Shown one piece after another: positions 19,055 through 29,042 of a DNA stretch of 64,000 bases. A program made the translations under genes and the position numbers. Within the stretch, counting starts at the first letter, position 1. Every line of letters starts with the position of its first letter. The stretch spans positions 2,990-66,989 of the forward strand of contig JAKIZT010000001.1 in NCBI GenBank assembly GCA_022707885.1, written 5' to 3'. Source of the stretch: Caldisericales bacterium (lineage in GTDB: Bacteria > Caldisericota > Caldisericia > JAAYUI01). The notes under the pieces are model-generated. The model was not told where the DNA came from. It ran no database searches and worked only from the letters and a program-made list of their open reading frames with translations.

Positions 19055-19863
19055 TGGGAATCATTGAAGCATTGGTCCTCGGCCTTGTCCAGGGTCTTAC
19101 AGAATTCATCCCGGTCTCGTCTACCGCCCATCTTGTCCTTGTTCCCGCTTTTTTGGGGTGGGGCAAACCACCGATGTGGTTCGATGTGTTTCTTCATGCT
19201 GGAACGCTCCTTGGAATAATAATCTTTTTCTGGCCGGAAGTGGTCAAATATGTAAAAGCCTTTTTTACTGGATTGCCAAAAATTGGCAGGGGCCTCCCGC
19301 CAGACTCGATTTTTTCATACAACCTCATACTTTCAGTTGTACCGGCAATCATCTTTGGTCTGTTTTTTGAAAGCAGGATTGAATCAGTTTTCCAGGACCC
19401 AAAAACTACCTCCTATCTCTTGCTTGTGACTGCGGCTTTCCTTGTGGTCGCCTCCCTCATGAATGGCAAACGCAAACTTGAGGAAACAACGTGGGTCGAT
19501 GCAATAACCGTTGGCTGTGCCCAGGCGATTGCCATGTTCCCTGGCATATCAAGGTCAGGTGCCACAATAACCGCGGCCAGATTGTTGGGATTTGGCAAGA
19601 AATCATCTTCCAGACTTGCCTTTCTGATCGCAATTCCAGCGGTTGGCGCTGCAACAGCAAAAACACTCTATGATGTTTATAAAATGGTGGCCAGTTCAGG
19701 AATGCAGATTGACTGGATGCCTTCCATAGTTGGCTTTGTGGTGGCCGCCGTTGTTGGCTATCTGTCATTTTTCCTGTTCTTCAAGGCCATCCAGAAATTC
19801 AATTTCTACATCTTTGCGGCCTACTGCGTTGCCCTCTTTGTTGTAGCCCAGATTCTCTTATGA
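19054..19863 (+). CDS. uppP: Undecaprenyl-diphosphatase
   Basis: The BacA/UppP motif TEFIPVSSTAHL is present in a multi-TM protein of 269 aa. Confidence 0.85.
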   Translation: MGIIEALVLGLVQGLTEFIPVSSTAHLVLVPAFLGWGKPPMWFDVFLHAGTLLGIIIFFWPEVVKYVKAFFTGLPKIGRGLPPDSIFSYNLILSVVPAIIFGLFFESRIESVFQDPKTTSYLLLVTAAFLVVASLMNGKRKLEETTWVDAITVGCAQAIAMFPGISRSGATITAARLLGFGKKSSSRLAFLIAIPAVGAATAKTLYDVYKMVASSGMQIDWMPSIVGFVVAAVVGYLSFFLFFKAIQKFNFYIFAAYCVALFVVAQILL

Positions 19864-22172
19864 GCCTTTCTCCTGTCAGAACGCTCATTCTTGGCCCTGC
19901 AATGGCCGAGCTTGAGAGGGGTTGCGATGACGGGGCGGTGTTTGGCGGGTTTTCAAAATTTGTTCTGGCAAAGCTCGACCAGTGGGCAAAGGACGAACCC
20001 AACCAGAATGCCAGCATAAAAAGGGCTATTGAGGTTTTTTCCAGTTACACCTCCCTGGATATCACATCAAGGGAAAAGGCCGTAAATGACCTCTTAAAAC
20101 TTGCCAGGGGCCATTATGTCCAGAAGAGGCCGGTTCCAAAACAAAAAATATATCTAAAAACAGATATGCTCCTCGCTTCCATTCCGGGAATTGGTCCCGA
20201 GAGGGCAAAGCTCTTAAAAAAACTTGGACTTGTGACTGTCCTTGATGCCCTGAACCATTTTCCCATCAGGTTTATAGACAGAACAAAGGTTTTGCCAATC
20301 GCACAGCTCTCCACTGGAACAGAAGCAACCGTCTTTGCAAAAGTGCTCGACGTCAGGGAGCCGCGTGCCGGAAGGAATTTTGTACAGGCGCTTTTTGGCG
20401 ACTCAACCGGCAAAATAATGGCCACATGGTTCAACAACCCGTACGTCCTGAAAAAACTTGCCATCGGGAAAACAGTGGCACTCTACGGAAAAGTGGGCGA
20501 CTATGGCGGCCCGCACATGACAAACCCCGATCTGGACACCGACATACAGGACATGGGGATTGTTCCGGTCTATCCACTGACCGCAGGGCTCCCCCAGTGG
20601 GTCATAAGAAGCGTAATCAGAAAAATCGTCGACAACATGCCGGAGATTGGCGATGGGTATCTTCCTGATACCGTAAAGAAGGACATGTCTTTGCCATCTC
20701 TTGGTGAATCCTACGAGAAGGTGCATTTCCCCGACAACTTTGAACAGCTCAAGCTCTGCGAAAAAAGGCTCGTGCTGGACGAATTTTTGCTCATGGAAAC
20801 AGCGCTTCTCCTCCGCAGGGCAGAGTATCGTCAGCAGGACGCCCCAATCATCAAGGGTGCACAAAAATCTTCAAAGGACTTCCTTTCAAAACTTCCATTT
20901 GAACCAACCATGGCCCAGAAAAGATGCTGTCTTGAAATAGCGAAAGACCTGGAATCGGGAAGGCCCATGAACAGGCTCCTGCACGGAGATGTCGGCTCTG
21001 GAAAAACGGTTGTTGGTCTGAGTGCATGCAGCTCTGCCGCAAAGCTGGGCTACCAGATTGCCTGGATTGCACCCACAGAAATCCTTGCAAGCCAGACTTA
21101 CAATGTCGCCAGAAAACTTCTGCCATTCAACACTGCATACCTCTCCGGTTCATCAAAAAAAATGGCAAGGGAAAAGATTTTTGAGCTGCTTTCCTCTGGC
21201 GAGCCATGCGTCCTCTTCGGGACGCACGCGCTCCTTGAGGACTGGGTGAAGTTTGAAAACCTGGGTCTTGTGGTTGTTGACGAACAACACAGGTTTGGCG
21301 TATTGCAGAGGGCCAGACTGGCAAAAAAGGGTTTCTGTCCGCATGTGCTCGTCATGAGCGCCACTCCGATCCCGAGGACGCTCGCTATGACGATCTATGG
21401 TGATCTGGACGTCTCTGTGATTGACGAGATGCCAAAGGGCAGGGCAACCATAGAAACAAAGGTGCTCACAGGTACAGGCAATCTCGCCTACAAAACAGCC
21501 CTTGCCGAGATAGAAAAAGGCAGGCAAGCCTATGTTGTCTGCCCTCTCGTCGAGGAATCGGAAAAGCTCTCTGCAAAAGCTGCCACGAAGCAGTTTGTTG
21601 AACTCACAGAGTCACATTTCAAGGGCATTCCATGCGGATTGCTCCATGGCAGGATGCCGGCAAAAGAGAAGGATGAAACAATGTGCAGGTTCAGGGACAA
21701 AGAACTAAAAGTCCTTGTCTCGACAACCGTCATCGAGGTCGGAATAGACGTCCCGAATGCAACGGTCATGATAATTGAAAATGCCGAGAGGTTCGGGCTG
21801 GCCCAGCTCCACCAGCTGAGGGGCAGGGTCGGAAGGGGTGAACACAAAAGCTACTGTTTCCTGATACCTTCAAGGCCAACGGTTTCACTGCAAGTTCTGG
21901 AAAGGACAGCAAACGGCCTTGAGGTTGCCGAGGAAGACCTGAAGCTGCGCGGGCCCGGGGACATTGGCGGAACAATGCAGTCAGGACTGCCGATGCTTGC
22001 CTCATCCAGACTCATCACCCCTTCAAATTTCCCGCTTCTTTCCTTGGCAAGGGAAATCGCGGAGGATATTATTAAACATGACCCGGAGTTGAGGTTCAAA
22101 GAAAACAGAGAACTTAGGACAGGAATTGAAGGAAAAATGGCACAAAGAGTAGGACTTGCCTGGGTGAGCTGA
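19860..22172 (+). CDS. recG: ATP-dependent DNA helicase RecG
   Basis: Helicase motif I (GDVGSGKTVVGL), a DEQHRFG box, a wedge domain and a C-terminal helicase domain are present. At 770 aa the N-terminal start may lie further downstream. Confidence 0.85.
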   Translation: MSLSPVRTLILGPAMAELERGCDDGAVFGGFSKFVLAKLDQWAKDEPNQNASIKRAIEVFSSYTSLDITSREKAVNDLLKLARGHYVQKRPVPKQKIYLKTDMLLASIPGIGPERAKLLKKLGLVTVLDALNHFPIRFIDRTKVLPIAQLSTGTEATVFAKVLDVREPRAGRNFVQALFGDSTGKIMATWFNNPYVLKKLAIGKTVALYGKVGDYGGPHMTNPDLDTDIQDMGIVPVYPLTAGLPQWVIRSVIRKIVDNMPEIGDGYLPDTVKKDMSLPSLGESYEKVHFPDNFEQLKLCEKRLVLDEFLLMETALLLRRAEYRQQDAPIIKGAQKSSKDFLSKLPFEPTMAQKRCCLEIAKDLESGRPMNRLLHGDVGSGKTVVGLSACSSAAKLGYQIAWIAPTEILASQTYNVARKLLPFNTAYLSGSSKKMAREKIFELLSSGEPCVLFGTHALLEDWVKFENLGLVVVDEQHRFGVLQRARLAKKGFCPHVLVMSATPIPRTLAMTIYGDLDVSVIDEMPKGRATIETKVLTGTGNLAYKTALAEIEKGRQAYVVCPLVEESEKLSAKAATKQFVELTESHFKGIPCGLLHGRMPAKEKDETMCRFRDKELKVLVSTTVIEVGIDVPNATVMIIENAERFGLAQLHQLRGRVGRGEHKSYCFLIPSRPTVSLQVLERTANGLEVAEEDLKLRGPGDIGGTMQSGLPMLASSRLITPSNFPLLSLAREIAEDIIKHDPELRFKENRELRTGIEGKMAQRVGLAWVS

Positions 22173-24073
22173 TGGGGCAGATCCAGGTTCAGAACATAAC
22201 AAAATATTTTGGCGTGAAAGCCGTTCTCGATGGCATATCGTTCACGCTTGGCGGCAATGACAGGCTGGCGCTTGTTGGCGCAAATGGCACCGGCAAGTCC
22301 ACACTGATAAAGATAATCATGGACCAGATGGAACCGGATGATGGAAAGGTCTTCAAGGAACCCGACAAGGTCATCGGTTATTTTGCCCAGGACAGGTCGC
22401 TTGACGTCTCGGACGTCATTTTATTTGACCAGGTAAGATCGGCTTTCAAAAACATCTATGAAACTGGCAGACAGCTTGAAGAAATCTCCCTGGAAGTTGA
22501 AAAAGACCCCCACAACCCACAGCTCCTGGCAAAGTTTGAAAAACTCCAGCACCAATATGAGGCGCTTGGTGGATATGACATAGACCACAGGATAGAAAGA
22601 ATCCTGTCTGGCCTTGGCTTCTCAAAGGAAGACTGGAAAAGGCCCGTTGTCTCTCTTTCCGGTGGCGAGAGATCGCGCCTTCAACTGGCAACAATACTGG
22701 CCACGGAACCTGACACGCTGGTTCTTGACGAGCCGACAAACCACCTTGACCTCGAGGCGACAATCTGGCTTGAAGGTTTCCTGCAAGAATTCAAGGGTTC
22801 GGTGCTCATCGTTTCCCACGATAGGTACCTTCTGGACAAGGTTTGCAACCACACAGTGATATTAATTGACGGAAAAGCATTTGATTTTACCGGCAATTTC
22901 ACACAGGCAAGGGCCCAGTATGACCTCGAGAGGGAACACTCTCTCGAGAAATTGCAGGAGCAACAGGAATTCATCGAGAGGGCAAACCGTTTCATAAAAA
23001 GATTCAAGGGATATGGAACGGAAGTGGCGGCCAAGAGGGCAAGGAGTATGGAAAGGCGTCTTGAAAGGGTCGTCCAGGTCGAGGCCCTTCCACAGGAGAA
23101 AAAAGTCCAGCTCAACCTTGAGTCGTCCGGAAGGACCGGCGAGATTGTCTTCAGGACAAAAAGTCTGTCAAAATCTTTTGGGGACAGGGAGCTTTTTGGC
23201 GGCCTCAATCTCGAAATGAAGAGAGGACAGAAGATTGCCCTGATGGGCCCTAATGGTTGTGGAAAAACAACATTTTTGAAAACGGTGATTGGCGAAGAGG
23301 AGCCTTCATCAGGTGAAGTCTGGCTTGGCTACAATGTCTCCATGGCCTATCTCGAGCAGGAACTTGGCAGCTTCAATCCAGAGGCAACCGTTATTGAAGA
23401 AATAATGAACAATTCTGATCTCAAGCCCCAGGAGGCAAGGGACCATCTTGCGACATTCCTTTTTGTCGGTGATGATGTCTCAAAACTGTGCAAAGCACTC
23501 TCTGGTGGAGAGATAAGCAGGCTTATACTCGCCAAGCTGGCCCTTATTGACGCCAATTTCATCATCTTTGACGAGCCCACAAACCACCTCGACATAAATG
23601 CTAGGGCCTCCCTCGAAGATACCATAAAAAACTACTCCGGGAGTGTGCTTTTGGTCTCCCATGACAGATATTTTATAAACAACATCGGCGCCACAATATG
23701 GGCATTTGATGGAAACAACATTGTCGACACAAGGGGCAGTCTTGAGGAATACTTGCAGAGAAAGCCTGAGAAACAGACAGACAAGGGCGATCAAAAAACC
23801 CAGCAAAAGCAAAAGAAAAAAGACCAGGGCCCGTCAAAGAATCAGATAAAGTCAATGCAAGACAGGCTTAAAAACTTTGAAGATGAAATAAGCATGCTGG
23901 AATCAAGGAAAAGTGACATTGAACAGTCAATGTCAAACCCGGACTTCTATTCTCGGGGAGAGCAGACGAAACTCGATCTTGACGAGTATGACAAGATAAA
24001 AATACAGCTTGCAGAAACTGAGAACGCATGGGCCGAACTTTCTGAAGAATTATCTGCAATTTCTCCCCAGTAG
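22172..24073 (+). CDS. ABC-F family ATPase (Uup/EttA-like) with C-terminal coiled-coil
   Basis: Two ABC cassettes (GANGTGKST; GPNGCGKTT; LSGGE signatures) are joined by a linker, and a K/Q-rich coiled-coil tail follows. There is no TMD. Confidence 0.8.
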   Translation: MGQIQVQNITKYFGVKAVLDGISFTLGGNDRLALVGANGTGKSTLIKIIMDQMEPDDGKVFKEPDKVIGYFAQDRSLDVSDVILFDQVRSAFKNIYETGRQLEEISLEVEKDPHNPQLLAKFEKLQHQYEALGGYDIDHRIERILSGLGFSKEDWKRPVVSLSGGERSRLQLATILATEPDTLVLDEPTNHLDLEATIWLEGFLQEFKGSVLIVSHDRYLLDKVCNHTVILIDGKAFDFTGNFTQARAQYDLEREHSLEKLQEQQEFIERANRFIKRFKGYGTEVAAKRARSMERRLERVVQVEALPQEKKVQLNLESSGRTGEIVFRTKSLSKSFGDRELFGGLNLEMKRGQKIALMGPNGCGKTTFLKTVIGEEEPSSGEVWLGYNVSMAYLEQELGSFNPEATVIEEIMNNSDLKPQEARDHLATFLFVGDDVSKLCKALSGGEISRLILAKLALIDANFIIFDEPTNHLDINARASLEDTIKNYSGSVLLVSHDRYFINNIGATIWAFDGNNIVDTRGSLEEYLQRKPEKQTDKGDQKTQQKQKKKDQGPSKNQIKSMQDRLKNFEDEISMLESRKSDIEQSMSNPDFYSRGEQTKLDLDEYDKIKIQLAETENAWAELSEELSAISPQ

Positions 24074-24289
24074 GGTAGTTTTAGCCCAATAAACCAACAT
24101 CCAAGGCAATTTCGAAGAAAATTCATTTTTAATACAATTTGTGAATTTATTAACTTTTTAAATCGAGGTTATTTTCTGGTTTTATAAAACATAAGTTTTT
24201 GCCCATCCTTAATTTATTCTTCTTTGTTCTTACGGTGTAACTTTTTTATAAAATGTGTTGTCTATGCTCACTGTAAAGACATTGCTTAT

Positions 24290-24341
24290 CGTGTTTACGC
24301 TTATATAATTTGCAAAAGTGTGCAACTTTTGGAGGTAAGCT
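24290..24341 (+). promoter_or_regulatory. Putative nuo promoter/leader: -10 TATAAT (24304..24309), palindrome TTGCA-N6-TGCAA (24310..24325), RBS GGAGG (24331..24335)
   Basis: Read directly in the AT-rich 268-bp intergenic region upstream of nuoA. The -35 element is weak (TTGCTT). Confidence 0.3.
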
Positions 24342-24710
24342 TTGAACGATTATTCTTTCGGTTACCTGTTTGTGGGCATCTTCGCCCTGGTTGGTCTGGC
24401 CATGGGTCTTATAGCATTTTTCCTCGCTTTTGCATTAAGACCAAAGAGAATCGATAGCGACCTTGCGACAACGTCCTACGAGTGCGGAATACCGCCAAAG
24501 ACAGATTCAAAAATAAAATTCAACATCAGATATATCGTTTTTGCATTGATATTTGTCGCATTTGATGTGGAAGCTGTTTTTCTCTATCCATGGGCCGTAA
24601 AAGTAAAAGAACTCGGAACTTATGCCATTTTTGAAGTAACACTCTTCATAGCAATTCTCCTCGTTGGATATTTCTACGCTTGGGGAAGGGGGCTGCTGAA
24701 ATGGGATTGA
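24342..24710 (+). CDS. nuoA: NADH-quinone oxidoreductase subunit A
   Basis: The 122-aa product has 3 TM helices and the NuoA pattern ECGIPP...[23 protein letters not shown]. The start codon is TTG. Confidence 0.85.
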   Translation: MNDYSFGYLFVGIFALVGLAMGLIAFFLAFALRPKRIDSDLATTSYECGIPPKTDSKIKFNIRYIVFALIFVAFDVEAVFLYPWAVKVKELGTYAIFEVTLFIAILLVGYFYAWGRGLLKWD

Positions 24711-25204
24711 CACAAACACCCGCACCAACAGAACTTGAAAAATCGAGTATCCTTCTTGCACCACTGGACTGGCTGGTGGGCTGGGCCAGAAAAAATTCCC
24801 TTTGGCCACTCACCTATGCAACGGCCTGTTGCGCGTTTGAGATGATGCAGGCATGGATGCCAAGATACGATTTTGACAGACATGGATGCTTCTTCAGGCC
24901 AACCCCAAGACAGTGTGATGTCATGATCGTTGCAGGGACCGTAACAAAAAAGATGGCAGAGCCCACAAGACTCCTCTATGAACAGATACCAAACCCGAAA
25001 TGGGTCATCGCAATGGGTGCCTGCGCCTGTTCCGGAGGGCCTTTCATTGACAGCTATTCCGTAGTCAAGGGTGTCGACAAGATAATCCCTGTCGATGTGT
25101 ATGTTCCAGGGTGTCCACCAAGGCCAGAGGCACTCCAGTTTGCCATCCTCGAGCTTGAGAAAAAAATCATGAAAGAAAGAGCCAATCTTGGGAGGCAGCC
25201 ATGA
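24701..25204 (+). CDS. nuoB: NADH-quinone oxidoreductase subunit B
   Basis: The Cys motifs CCAFEMM and [10 protein letters not shown] ... PGCPP for cluster N2 are present. It has an ATGxxxTGA overlap with nuoA. Confidence 0.9.
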   Translation: MGLTQTPAPTELEKSSILLAPLDWLVGWARKNSLWPLTYATACCAFEMMQAWMPRYDFDRHGCFFRPTPRQCDVMIVAGTVTKKMAEPTRLLYEQIPNPKWVIAMGACACSGGPFIDSYSVVKGVDKIIPVDVYVPGCPPRPEALQFAILELEKKIMKERANLGRQP

Positions 25205-25632
25205 GTACCTCCAAAGATATCGCAAAACAAAAATTTGGCATTGACCTCTCCCCGATGCCTGCCCCAGAAACAGCCTTGATGATCAATGTGGACAGCGCAA
25301 AAGCAGTCGAAACATGTCTAAAACTCCGCGAATCTGGCTTCAGCATCCTCACGATGCTCACTGCAAAATGCAAAGACAATGGCTTTGAAATGGTATATAT
25401 GCTGGACAACTGGGAAACCAGAGAGAGGGTTTTTGTTTTTGCTTCGCTGCCAGCACAAGACCCAAAAATCAAGAGCCTGACGCCTGACTGGGAAGCGGCG
25501 GACTGGCTGGAACGCGAAGTCTATGACATGTTTGGAATAGTGTTTGAGGGCCATCCAAACCTCCAAAGAATAATAACACCGGAGAATTTCACAGGACATC
25601 CTCTCCGCAAAGATTTCACAGATACTGACTGA
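25201..25632 (+). CDS. nuoC: NADH-quinone oxidoreductase subunit C (30 kDa)
   Basis: ERExYDMFGIxFEGHP-type motif ... not fused to NuoD. Confidence 0.85.
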   Translation: MSTSKDIAKQKFGIDLSPMPAPETALMINVDSAKAVETCLKLRESGFSILTMLTAKCKDNGFEMVYMLDNWETRERVFVFASLPAQDPKIKSLTPDWEAADWLEREVYDMFGIVFEGHPNLQRIITPENFTGHPLRKDFTDTD

Positions 25633-25641
25633 GGAGGGAAA

Positions 25642-26748
25642 ATGGAAGAAAAAATCAGAACCGACCTGCTTGAAGTAAACTTTGGCCCTCAGCACCCTGC
25701 CACTCACGGTGTTTTTAGGGCAGTCCTCACCCTCGACGGTGAAATTGTGGTTGGATGCAAACCAGTGCTTGGCTATCTCCACAGGGGAATAGAAAAGATC
25801 GCCGAAAGACTGACTTATCAACAGTTTATTCCCTATCTAGACAGACTCGATTACGTTTCCGGCTTCCTCAATGAGTATCCCTATGTAAGGGCTATTGAAA
25901 AGCTCATGGGGATCGAGGTACCAATCAGGGCACAGTACATAAGGGTCCTGATGATGGAACTCAACCGCATCGCGGCGCACCTTGTAAACGTTGGCGCCCA
26001 GGGACTCGATCTGGCATCAATGACCCCGATGGTCTACTGCCTCAGGGAAAGGGAATACATCCTGGAGCTGATGGCAGAGGTTTCCGGGTCAAGGATGACC
26101 TTCAACTATTTCAGGTTTGGCGGTGTCAAATTCGACCTTCCGGAAGGGTATCTCTCAAAACTCGACAGGTTCATTCACTACTTCAAAGACAGACTCCCGG
26201 AATACGCCTCAATGCTCCATAGAAACGAAATATTCCAGGCAAGGACAAAAAACATAGGAATACTGAAGCCAGAAACTGCCCTAAAGCTCTCCTGCACTGG
26301 ACCTACCCTCAGGGGCTGTGGCATCGCAAGGGACCTCAGGAAAGACGAGCCATACGAGATATACCCCACACTGGACTTTGATGTAATAAGCGAAAATACA
26401 TGTGATTCATACGGACGCTTCCTGGTGAGATTCAAAGAGATAGAACAGTCCGTCAGGATCATCGAGCAGACAATGCCAAATCTTCCGGAAGGGCCTGTAA
26501 TGGCTAAAGTGCCAAAGGTGATCAAGCCCCCGGCCGGTGAAATATACTGCAGGGTTGAAGCTCCAATCGGTGAATTTGGTGTTTACGTTGTCTCGGATGG
26601 CTCTCCAAAACCATACAGGGTAAAACTCCGTTCACCAAGCTTCAGCAATCTGATGTCATTCCCACATATTGCTCAAAATATCTCAATGCCTGATGTTGTT
26701 GCCGCGTTTGCATCGCTGGCGCCAACAATGGGCGATTCGGACAGGTGA
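25642..26748 (+). CDS. nuoD: NADH-quinone oxidoreductase subunit D (49 kDa)
   Basis: The N terminus reads NFGPQHPATHGV. The length is 368 aa. Confidence 0.9.
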   Translation: MEEKIRTDLLEVNFGPQHPATHGVFRAVLTLDGEIVVGCKPVLGYLHRGIEKIAERLTYQQFIPYLDRLDYVSGFLNEYPYVRAIEKLMGIEVPIRAQYIRVLMMELNRIAAHLVNVGAQGLDLASMTPMVYCLREREYILELMAEVSGSRMTFNYFRFGGVKFDLPEGYLSKLDRFIHYFKDRLPEYASMLHRNEIFQARTKNIGILKPETALKLSCTGPTLRGCGIARDLRKDEPYEIYPTLDFDVISENTCDSYGRFLVRFKEIEQSVRIIEQTMPNLPEGPVMAKVPKVIKPPAGEIYCRVEAPIGEFGVYVVSDGSPKPYRVKLRSPSFSNLMSFPHIAQNISMPDVVAAFASLAPTMGDSDR

Positions 26749-26752
26749 CAAA

Positions 26753-27772
26753 ATGGAAAACTTCGTCCCATATCTGATTGTAGCGCTCATCCAGGTAGCA
26801 ATATCACTAGGCATTTTCGGGTTCGTAATGGTAAATGCACTGCTTCTGACCCTTGCCGAAAGAAAACTGCTTGGCTGGATGCACCAGCGACTTGGCCCGA
26901 TGGAAGTTGGGCCGTGGGGTCTCTTCCAGCCTTTTGCCGACATGATAAAGCTCCTGACAAAAGGTGATGTCATTCCAAAGGCAGCCGACAAATTTTTCTA
27001 CTCGTACTCTGCCCTCATAGCATTCACCCCGTCTTTTATCACTTTTGCCTTCATTCCGTTTGGACTTGTTGGCGGAATAAAGCTTGTTGCCGCGGACACT
27101 GAAATCGGCGTCCTGATGATCTCGGCCGTCATGGCGCTGTCTGTCATCGGCATAATCCTCGGCGGGTGGTCATCCGGAAACAAGTTCTCGCTCCTTGGAG
27201 CTGTCAGGACCGCCGCCCAGGAAATCAGCTATGAGATCCCAAAAACACTGGCGATTATCGCAGTGGTAATGCTCGCCGGCAGTATGAACGTATACCACAT
27301 CTCTTCAATACAGAGAGTTTGGTTTATCGCCCCGCAATTTATTGGCTTCCTGGTGTTCTTTGTTTCTTCACTTGCCGAGATATTCAGGATACCGTTTGAC
27401 CTTGCAGAAGGCGAATCAGAGCTTGTGGCCGGATATAACGTCGAATTTTCCGGCATCAGGTTCGCATTCTTCTTCTTTGCAGAGTACACGTATCTCTTTG
27501 TGACTTCGGCAGTCATTACCGCGCTTTATCTTGGCGGTGGTTCAGGCCCGGAGTTCCTTCCATGGGGTCTTTCGTCGTTGTTCTGGTTCCTCCTGAAGTC
27601 TTTTGCCATGGTTGGCTTTATTCTCTGGTTCTCCAGGTCCCTTCCAAGGGTCAGGGCAGACCAGCTCATGAACATGGCATGGAAGATCATGTTGCCACTG
27701 TCGCTTGTAAACATAATCTGGACTGCGTTTATTGTTTTAAATGAAAACTTGCTCAAGATTGTTGTGAAATGA
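26753..27772 (+). CDS. nuoH: NADH-quinone oxidoreductase subunit H
   Basis: The NuoH/ND1 motif LTLAERKLLGWMHQRLGP is present. The start is set at ATG 26753, 5 nt after the nuoD stop. Confidence 0.9.
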   Translation: MENFVPYLIVALIQVAISLGIFGFVMVNALLLTLAERKLLGWMHQRLGPMEVGPWGLFQPFADMIKLLTKGDVIPKAADKFFYSYSALIAFTPSFITFAFIPFGLVGGIKLVAADTEIGVLMISAVMALSVIGIILGGWSSGNKFSLLGAVRTAAQEISYEIPKTLAIIAVVMLAGSMNVYHISSIQRVWFIAPQFIGFLVFFVSSLAEIFRIPFDLAEGESELVAGYNVEFSGIRFAFFFFAEYTYLFVTSAVITALYLGGGSGPEFLPWGLSSLFWFLLKSFAMVGFILWFSRSLPRVRADQLMNMAWKIMLPLSLVNIIWTAFIVLNENLLKIVVK

Positions 27773-27773
27773 G

Positions 27774-28196
27774 GTGATCATGTACGGAACAGGAATAGCA
27801 AGCTCTCTCTGGGTCACTTTTAAAAATATATTCAGGGTCAAGGTAACGCTCCGTTACCCAAAACAAAAACAGGCTATGGTGCCAAGATTTTTTGCCCTGA
27901 TGAGAATGGTGCGCGATGAAAATGGCAGGGAAAAATGTACCGCCTGTGGAATCTGCGCAAACAATTGTCCGACGCACTCGATCACCATTGAAAAAGGCAA
28001 AAGGGAAGACAATACACCTTTTCCGGTAAGATACAGCGTAAACGTCCAGCAGTGTATATTCTGCGGAATATGCGTCGAGGTTTGCCCGTTTGGTGCATTG
28101 CAGGTTGGCCACAAATATGAACTTTCCTCATATACCAGGGAAGGAATGATACACGAGAAAGAGGAGCTCCTTCTTCCATTTGGGGGTGCACAGTGA
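27774..28196 (+). CDS. nuoI: NADH-quinone oxidoreductase subunit I (2x[4Fe-4S])
   Basis: Two CxxCxxCxxxCP ferredoxin motifs are present: CTACGICANNCP and CIFCGICVEVCP. Confidence 0.9.
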   Translation: MIMYGTGIASSLWVTFKNIFRVKVTLRYPKQKQAMVPRFFALMRMVRDENGREKCTACGICANNCPTHSITIEKGKREDNTPFPVRYSVNVQQCIFCGICVEVCPFGALQVGHKYELSSYTREGMIHEKEELLLPFGGAQ

Positions 28197-28738
28197 ACGT
28201 AACAATGTCGCAAGCTCTTTACATGGCGCTCGCTTTCCCCGCCCTTGTCTTTGCGGCCCTGACTGTGACTGTAAAAAATATTGTCCATGCGGCCATATGC
28301 CTGATAGGTTGCCTTTTGTCGATTGCGGCAATCTATGTCGGGTTGCATGCCGATTTCATTGCTGCAGCACAGATAGCCATCTATGTTGGCGCCATAGCCA
28401 TCCTGATCCTGTTCTCAATCATGTTCACGCATGATGTCTCTGGCAAGCAGATGAGCCATCTGAACCGTCAGGCTGTCCTTGGTGTTTTCGTGGCGCTTGC
28501 GCTCTTTGGTTCAATCTCCTTTTTCATAATGAATACTTCAGAAAGCCAGTTTACAACCAACTTCCAGGGGCAAATGGCCCTTCCACCAAAAACATCATTG
28601 ATGGCAGTTGGCGATGTGCTTTACTCAGAAAATGCTTCCACACCTTACATGGTGCCTGTTGAAATGGCCTCTTTCCTTCTGCTTGCGGCTGTTGTTGGCG
28701 GAATAGAAATGGCAAAGAAAAAGGAGGATGAGGTATGA
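28193..28738 (+). CDS. nuoJ: NADH-quinone oxidoreductase subunit J
   Basis: A 181-aa multi-TM protein at the position and of the size of NuoJ. It overlaps nuoI by 4 nt. Confidence 0.8.
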   Translation: MNVTMSQALYMALAFPALVFAALTVTVKNIVHAAICLIGCLLSIAAIYVGLHADFIAAAQIAIYVGAIAILILFSIMFTHDVSGKQMSHLNRQAVLGVFVALALFGSISFFIMNTSESQFTTNFQGQMALPPKTSLMAVGDVLYSENASTPYMVPVEMASFLLLAAVVGGIEMAKKKEDEV

Positions 28739-29034
28739 ACTACCTCTTGCTTATCCTTGGTGCTGCAATATTCAGCTTTGGTGTCCTCGGTGCACTCACA
28801 TTGAGAAACGCCATCAGGATACTCATGTGCATCGAGCTGATGCTCAATGGGGCCAACCTTACTTTCATCGCCACGGCAAGCCAGCTCCCCGATCCTGGTC
28901 TGGCACAGTCGATGGTTGTGTTTGCCATAGCAATCGCAGCATCTGAAACCATCGTTGGACTCGGTGCAATTGTGGCAATGTACAGGGCAAAGGGCTGGGT
29001 AACTCTTGAGCAGTTCAGCCTGCTCAAGTGGTAG
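28735..29034 (+). CDS. nuoK: NADH-quinone oxidoreductase subunit K
   Basis: A 99-aa, 3-TM protein with the NuoK/ND4L pattern CIELMLNGANLTFI. Confidence 0.85.
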   Translation: MNYLLLILGAAIFSFGVLGALTLRNAIRILMCIELMLNGANLTFIATASQLPDPGLAQSMVVFAIAIAASETIVGLGAIVAMYRAKGWVTLEQFSLLKW

Positions 29035-29042
29035 GAGGGACA

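Noticed and set aside
19860-20070. N-terminal ~70-aa extension of RecG as a possible extra domain
   Set aside because: It could simply reflect an upstream in-frame ATG. Without ortholog alignment I cannot tell, so it is not reported as a finding.
24074-24100. GGGTAGTTTTAGCCC after the ABC-F gene as a possible rho-independent terminator
   Set aside because: The stem is only 3 to 4 bp with mismatches, and there is no following U-tract.
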